Assembly: GCA_963749495.1 (NCBI GenBank)
Contig: CAVVMW010000014.1
Location: 288,001 to 352,000, forward strand
Source: an uncultured bacterium
GTDB taxonomy: Bacteria; Verrucomicrobiota; Verrucomicrobiia; Limisphaerales; UBA8199
Reading direction: 5' to 3'
DNA: 64,000 nucleotides
The notes beneath the pieces were generated by a model. That model searched no databases and was not told the DNA's origin. It saw only the letters and a program-made list of their open reading frames with translations. Position numbers and translations under genes: made by a program. Shown here piece after piece: positions 58,980 through 64,000 of the stretch; the stretch's first letter is position 1; each line of letters opens with the position of its first letter.

Positions 58980-60575
58980 ATGAACGACTCGAGTATTCGG
59001 AACACACGGCGCGACTTCCTGGGGCGGTGGGCGGCGGTCGCCGCGATTGCGGCGGTTGCCCGGAGCGGGTCCTGCCGGGCGGCGGAGGGCGCCACTGGGG
59101 GAAGGCAGTTTGATGTCCGGGAGTTTGGGGCCAAAGGCGATGGCCAGACGCTGGACACGGCCGCTCTGCAGCGGGCCATCGAGGCCTGCGCGGGCCACGG
59201 AGGGGGGACAGTGCATTTCCCCGCGGGGCGCTACCTGAGCGGGACCCTCGTCCTCAAGAGTTGGGTGACGCTCGAATTGGACGCCGGGGCAACCTTGCTC
59301 GGCAGCACCCGGCTGGAGGATTATCCGCCCACGGTCAGTTCGATCCGCTCGTTCACGGACACCTACACGGAGCGCAGCCTGATTTATGGCGAGCACCTCC
59401 AGCGCGTCACGCTGCAAGGCCGGGGCACCATCGACGGCCAGGGCGGTGCATTCAAAGGCCCGTACCACGTCAGGCCCTACCTGGTCCGGATGGCAGGATG
59501 CCGGGAGGTCCTGGTGCGCAACCTCACGTTGCGCGACTCGCCGATGTGGGTGCAGCACTACCTGGCCTGCGACGACGTGCGAATCGAGGGCGTCACCGTG
59601 GCCAGCAAGTGCAATGCGAACAATGACGGCATTGACATCAACGGCTGCCGGCGCGTGCGCATTGCCCAGTGCGACATCCAGTCCGGCGATGACGCGATCG
59701 TGCTCAAGAGCACGCTGGAGCGGGCGTGCGAACAAGTGACGGTGAGCAATTGCACCCTCAACAGCGACTGCAACGCCTTCAAGCTGGGCACCGAGTCCAA
59801 CGGCGGTTTCCGCAACATCCTGCTGAGCAACTGCGCCATTTATGACACGCGCCTGGCAGGGATTGCCCTCGAAACCTTGGACGGCGGCGTCCTGGACGGC
59901 GTGAGCATCTCCAACGTCGCCATGGAGAACGTCCGCTGCCCCATATTCGTGCGGCTGGGAAACCGGGCGCGGCCATTCCAGGCGGGGATGCCCAGGCCGG
60001 CGCCGGGCGCGCTGCGCAATGTGAGCTTGTCCGACATCCAGGCGAGCGGGGCAGACCGCATCGGTTGCTGCATCGCCGGCATGCCGGGACGCTCGATCCA
60101 GAATCTGATGCTCCGCAATATCCGGATCGCCTTTGCCGGCGGCGGCACAGAAGCCGATGCGCAACGGCAGATCCCCAAGAAGGCGGAGGCCTACCCCGAG
60201 TATTCGATGTTCGGCGTCCTGCCCGCCTATGGCTTTTACTGCCGGCACGCGCTCAACGTGAGGTTCCATGACGTTGAGGTGAGCGCCGCGGCGGCCGATG
60301 CCAGGCCCTCGTTGATGTGCGACGATGTGGATGGCCTGCGGGTCATGGCATGGAGAGCCCCCGCGGCGGGCGTTGGGCCAGTCCTGCGGTTGGAGGACGT
60401 GCGCGATGGCCTGGTCCAAGGCTGCATCGCAGCCTCCGGGACCGCCGCTTATTTACGGGTGGGCGGCGCCAGGTCGGCGGACATCCGGCTCCTGGCCAAC
60501 GACCTGCGCAAGGCGCGCAAGGACGTGGAGGTTGGCCCCGAGGTCCCACCAGGAACGGTCGAGCACAAAGGCTAA
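58980..60575 (+). CDS. GH28-like parallel beta-helix glycoside hydrolase with Tat signal
   Basis: TRRDFL; 'FGAKGDG..LDT.A.Q.AI', 'NNDGID', 'GDDAI.LK', 'KLGTES'. Confidence 0.88.
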   Translation: MNDSSIRNTRRDFLGRWAAVAAIAAVARSGSCRAAEGATGGRQFDVREFGAKGDGQTLDTAALQRAIEACAGHGGGTVHFPAGRYLSGTLVLKSWVTLELDAGATLLGSTRLEDYPPTVSSIRSFTDTYTERSLIYGEHLQRVTLQGRGTIDGQGGAFKGPYHVRPYLVRMAGCREVLVRNLTLRDSPMWVQHYLACDDVRIEGVTVASKCNANNDGIDINGCRRVRIAQCDIQSGDDAIVLKSTLERACEQVTVSNCTLNSDCNAFKLGTESNGGFRNILLSNCAIYDTRLAGIALETLDGGVLDGVSISNVAMENVRCPIFVRLGNRARPFQAGMPRPAPGALRNVSLSDIQASGADRIGCCIAGMPGRSIQNLMLRNIRIAFAGGGTEADAQRQIPKKAEAYPEYSMFGVLPAYGFYCRHALNVRFHDVEVSAAAADARPSLMCDDVDGLRVMAWRAPAAGVGPVLRLEDVRDGLVQGCIAASGTAAYLRVGGARSADIRLLANDLRKARKDVEVGPEVPPGTVEHKG

Positions 60576-60686
60576 AGGCACTTTGAAAGGCTAAAGGCTA
60601 AAGGCTAAAGGCTAAAGTGAAAAAGCCCCAACAGTGCGTGTGCTTCTTGACTTTAGCCTTTAGCCTTTAGCCTTTAGCCTTTAGCT
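60567..60686. repeat. Inverted (GGCTAAA)n...(TTTAGCC)n arrays between convergent genes
   Basis: Directly visible; the arrays contain the stop codons of both flanking genes. Confidence 0.9.
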
Positions 60687-62437
60687 TTGCCGTAGAGCGG
60701 TCCGAAGTTGGCGCAGGCGCGGAAATCAGCCGCCTCGAGGTCGGCGGTGCCGAAGGCCGCCCATGTTGCGGGCCGGAAGATCTGGTCTTCGCTGACGTTG
60801 TGCATATAGACGGGGATGCGCAGCATGGAGGCGAGGGTGATGAGCTGGGGGCCGATATGGCCGCAACTGATGACCCCGTGGTTTGCGCCCCAGGCATTCA
60901 TGACCGAATACACGTCGCGGAAGGGACCGCCTCCGTTGACCCTGGGCGCGAACCAATGCGTGGGCCAGGTGGGGTCGGTGCGGTTTTCCAGGACGCTGTG
61001 AATCTCCGGCGGGAGGTCGACGAATTGTCCCTCGGCAATCTGGAGGGCGGGGCCCAGTCCCTTGATGAGGTTGAGGCGGAACATGGTGGCGGGCATATCG
61101 ACGCGTGTGCCGAAGGAGCTGGAGAAGCCGCCGCCGCGGAAATACTCATAGTTGGCCGGGGGCCAGACGGTGGCGCCGAGGCAGTCCAGGGCCTCCTGCG
61201 GAGTGATTTCCCAAAACGGCTTCATGGCGGGGGCGCCGTTTTGGGTCTGTCGGCCGCAGCCATCCAGGGCGGCCGCCCCGGAATTGATGAGGTGGAGCAG
61301 ACCCTGCGCGGCCGCACCGGTGGCTTGGCGCCCGGTCACGCGCCGGATGGACTCCGGGCTCCAGTAAGTCCGCACGTCGGCGAAGACCTGCGCCGTGTCG
61401 GTCAAGAGGTGGCCCAGGAGCATGCAAACGCCATTGAGCGAGTCATTTTCGGTGGCGACCAGGTAGGGCTCGCGAATGCCGTTCCAGTCAAAAGAGGTGT
61501 TGAGGATGGCCTCCAGGAAGTCGCCGTTGGGGAAATGGTCGGTCCACTGGCGCTGGCCCTGGAAACCGGCCAGGATGGCGTTGTGCCCGAGGGCCTCTTC
61601 GCCGAAGCCCAGCTTGGCCAGGCGCGGATTGCCGGCCATCAAGTCGCGCACGATCATCGCCGATTTGACGACAAACTCCCATTCCCAATCCTTGCGCTTG
61701 CGGCTGCGGGGCGTGGCGTTGCGGTCCTGCCCTTCAGGGCAATGCTGCCGCACCCAGGCCAGCGCCCGCTCGAATTCCTCCGGGTCAAAAACCTTCTCCT
61801 CGATGCGCCGCACCAGTTCGGTCATGTCCACGCACTCCACGCGCATCCCCAGATTGTCCTCGAAAAAGTCCTGGTTTACGATCGAACCCGCTATCCCCAT
61901 CGAGACGGCGCCCACCGAGAGATAGGACTTGCCGCGCATCGTGGACACGGTCAGGGCCGCTTTGACGAACTGCACGAGCTTCTGGCGCACGTCCGCCGGG
62001 ATGTTCGGGTCGCCGGCGTCCTGAACGTCGCGCCCGTAAATGGTGAAGGCGGGCAGGCCCTTCTGGCCGTGAGCGGCGCTGACGGCGGCCAAATAGACGG
62101 CGCCGGGCCGTTCGGTGCCGTTGAACCCCCAGATCGCTTTGGGCACCAGCGGCTCCATGTCCATCGTCTCCGAACCGTAGCACCAGCACGGCGTCACCGT
62201 GAGCGAGACCCCGACGCCCGCCTTGCGGAACTTCTCGGCCGCCATGGCCGCCTCGGCCACACCCCCGATGCACGTGTCCGCCACGACGCACTCGACCGGC
62301 AGGCCGTTGGAATGGCGCAGCGTGGATTCAATGAGCCTGGCGACCGCCTGGGCCATGGCCATCGTGGTCTTTTCGAGCGACTCGCGGATCCCTTTGCGCC
62401 GTCCATCGATAGCCGGGCGAATGCCGACTTTGGGCAT
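60674..62437 (-). CDS. fucI: L-fucose isomerase
   Basis: 'PKVGIRP.IDGRR', '[10 protein letters not shown]', '[10 protein letters not shown]', 'ATENDSLNG', 'WGANHG'. Confidence 0.97.
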   Translation of the reverse strand: MPKVGIRPAIDGRRKGIRESLEKTTMAMAQAVARLIESTLRHSNGLPVECVVADTCIGGVAEAAMAAEKFRKAGVGVSLTVTPCWCYGSETMDMEPLVPKAIWGFNGTERPGAVYLAAVSAAHGQKGLPAFTIYGRDVQDAGDPNIPADVRQKLVQFVKAALTVSTMRGKSYLSVGAVSMGIAGSIVNQDFFEDNLGMRVECVDMTELVRRIEEKVFDPEEFERALAWVRQHCPEGQDRNATPRSRKRKDWEWEFVVKSAMIVRDLMAGNPRLAKLGFGEEALGHNAILAGFQGQRQWTDHFPNGDFLEAILNTSFDWNGIREPYLVATENDSLNGVCMLLGHLLTDTAQVFADVRTYWSPESIRRVTGRQATGAAAQGLLHLINSGAAALDGCGRQTQNGAPAMKPFWEITPQEALDCLGATVWPPANYEYFRGGGFSSSFGTRVDMPATMFRLNLIKGLGPALQIAEGQFVDLPPEIHSVLENRTDPTWPTHWFAPRVNGGGPFRDVYSVMNAWGANHGVISCGHIGPQLITLASMLRIPVYMHNVSEDQIFRPATWAAFGTADLEAADFRACANFGPLYGKAKG

Positions 62438-62917
62438 GTCACCAATGAGGCGATTGGAGGGCGGGTTGAGCTTCAGGGCCGCGCGTCAACTTGTTGTTGG
62501 CATAAATCAGTTGTGGCTTGCCGCTGGGCGTCCGCGAAGGCAGGAGGGGTGCGTCGCCCGCCCCCAGGGCGCTCAAGACTGGCTACGGACATTAGTGCCT
62601 TACCGGGAAGATGGCGACAAGTTTGTTTTGGGGCTCACGGCCAAGGCTGTGAGACAGAATTCTTGTTGGAGCTCCAGATCACAGTTCTCAGAGATGATCT
62701 GGCTCTTCGCTTCTTCGTTTCCTTCGTTTCCTTCTGTTCGTTTGCAGCCTCCCACCGGCTGGGCACAGGAACAGAACAGAAGGAAACGAAGGAAACGAAG
62801 AGGCGGCCGGAGGGGCGCCATCGTTGTGGTCCGTGCCAGTTCGTATCTGAATTCCTAGAGACCCTCTGTGATGAAAGCCCAGCAAAATCCACTTTGTGAA
62901 GATTTCCGTCCTGCACC

Positions 62918-63997
62918 TCACGGCCAAAGTGCGCCTGGCATCGGGCGTAGTTGGAGCTTCGCGGGGTCCAGGACCACATGTTTGATGCGTTGGCGCTTCC
63001 AGGTGTAACTGATCTGGACCAGTCCATCGCTGCCCTGGATGACGGCCGGGTAGGAGAACTCCTGGCCCGGCCCCTGTTCCAGCACCAGGGCGGCCTGCCA
63101 GTCGAGGCCGTCGGCGGAGACCGCCACATTGAGCGGGCTGCGCGCCCTGGGCCTGGCCTTGTGGTTGTACACCAGGAGGTGCCTGCCGTCCTTGAGCGTC
63201 ACGGCGTCTATGCCCGAGTTCGGGTTGGGCAGCGCCGTCAACGTCATCTTGCCCCACGTCACTCCGCCGTCGCTGGAGGCTATCTCGAAGATCCGGTCCT
63301 GCCGGGTCCGGCCCAGGGCTTGGAGGCGGCCGTCCCGGAGTCGGAGGATTGTCGGCTGGATGGCGCCGATGGTCTCGCCGTCGTTGACCGGCCCGGAAGA
63401 CTGCCACGTCGTGCCGAGGTCGGCGGTGCGCTCGAAATGGACACGCCAGCCGTGGTCTTCGGTGCTGGACGGGCACAGGATGTCACCGTTGGCCAATTGC
63501 ACCGGCTTGTTCTTGATGGGGCCCAAAACGCCCTCGGGAAGCCGGCGCGGCGCCGACCAGGTTTGGCCGCCATCCGGCGATGTCATGAGCATGCCCCACC
63601 AGGAGTTCGGATGGGGTCCGACCTTGAAAAACAGCAGCAACGGCCCGTTGCCCGGCTGGAACAGCACCGGGTTCCAGCATGGGTAGCGGCGGTCGGGAGA
63701 TGCCACGCCATTGGCGACTTCCACAGGCGCGGTCCAATGCTTGGCGCCCCGCCGGCTCAACCATATCCCGACATCCGGGTGCCCCTCCCGCGTGCCCCCG
63801 AACCATGCCGCCACCAACCCGCCTTCGGCCGCCTCGGCCAGCGTCGAGGCATGGCACTCCGGAAACGGGGCGCTTTCGTAAATGAATTCTTCGCTCACCA
63901 ACCCAGGCCGCTCGGCGCCCAAAACAGCCACGGCCATCAGCACCACCCCGTAACACGCCGCAAGATGCGTAAACTCCCGCCCGATCTGGAATGTCAT
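62918..63997 (-). CDS. BNR/Asp-box exo-alpha-sialidase-like protein
   Basis: 'CHAST', 'WFGGT.EG', Asp-boxes SPDGGQTW and SSDGGVTW, 'FSYP'. Confidence 0.85.
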   Translation of the reverse strand: MTFQIGREFTHLAACYGVVLMAVAVLGAERPGLVSEEFIYESAPFPECHASTLAEAAEGGLVAAWFGGTREGHPDVGIWLSRRGAKHWTAPVEVANGVASPDRRYPCWNPVLFQPGNGPLLLFFKVGPHPNSWWGMLMTSPDGGQTWSAPRRLPEGVLGPIKNKPVQLANGDILCPSSTEDHGWRVHFERTADLGTTWQSSGPVNDGETIGAIQPTILRLRDGRLQALGRTRQDRIFEIASSDGGVTWGKMTLTALPNPNSGIDAVTLKDGRHLLVYNHKARPRARSPLNVAVSADGLDWQAALVLEQGPGQEFSYPAVIQGSDGLVQISYTWKRQRIKHVVLDPAKLQLRPMPGALWP

Positions 63998-64000
63998 AGG

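Noticed and set aside
1..64000. tRNA, rRNA or riboswitch
   Set aside because: None recognised by eye; a covariance-model search (Infernal/Rfam) would be needed to exclude them.

Overview
High-GC bacterial chromosome segment, most consistent with a Verrucomicrobiota (subdivision 3-like) genome; this taxonomy is inferred from protein and repeat types. 1-13.3 kb: membrane/secreted proteins, hicBA, lactate permease, a HEAT-discoidin-ThuA fusion, Gfo/Idh/MocA oxidoreductase, MFS transporter and an enolase-superfamily enzyme. 13.4-27.2 kb: a mobile-element island with RAYT remnants, vapBC, an intact 2000-bp IS66 with TSD, ISL3 and IS21 fragments, a degraded DUF4338-ISAs1 element, an intact IS630, a disrupted divergent RHH-regulator pair, a second hicBA and Uma2. 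27.3-36.0 kb: the most interesting locus, a four-gene operon encoding an SrfC-like P-loop GTPase, an SrfB-like Hsp70/actin-fold ATPase, a coiled-coil protein with a GrpE-like C-terminus and an SrfA-like membrane protein with an Ig-like tail. 36-50.7 kb: housekeeping genes (rhomboid, TMEM14, sucAB, ridA, rmuC, APH-family kinase, ThuA, hpnA, class V aminotransferase). 50.7-64 kb: a LamG surface protein and a fucose/glycan locus (AraC, double-GH29 fucosidase, GH28-like, fucI, BNR/sialidase-like). Intergenic DNA is rich in palindromic REP/MITE families and 7-12-mer tandem arrays. Eight single-base frameshifts between 32.6 and 54.3 kb probably reflect assembly errors. No rRNA, tRNA or CRISPR array was recognised.
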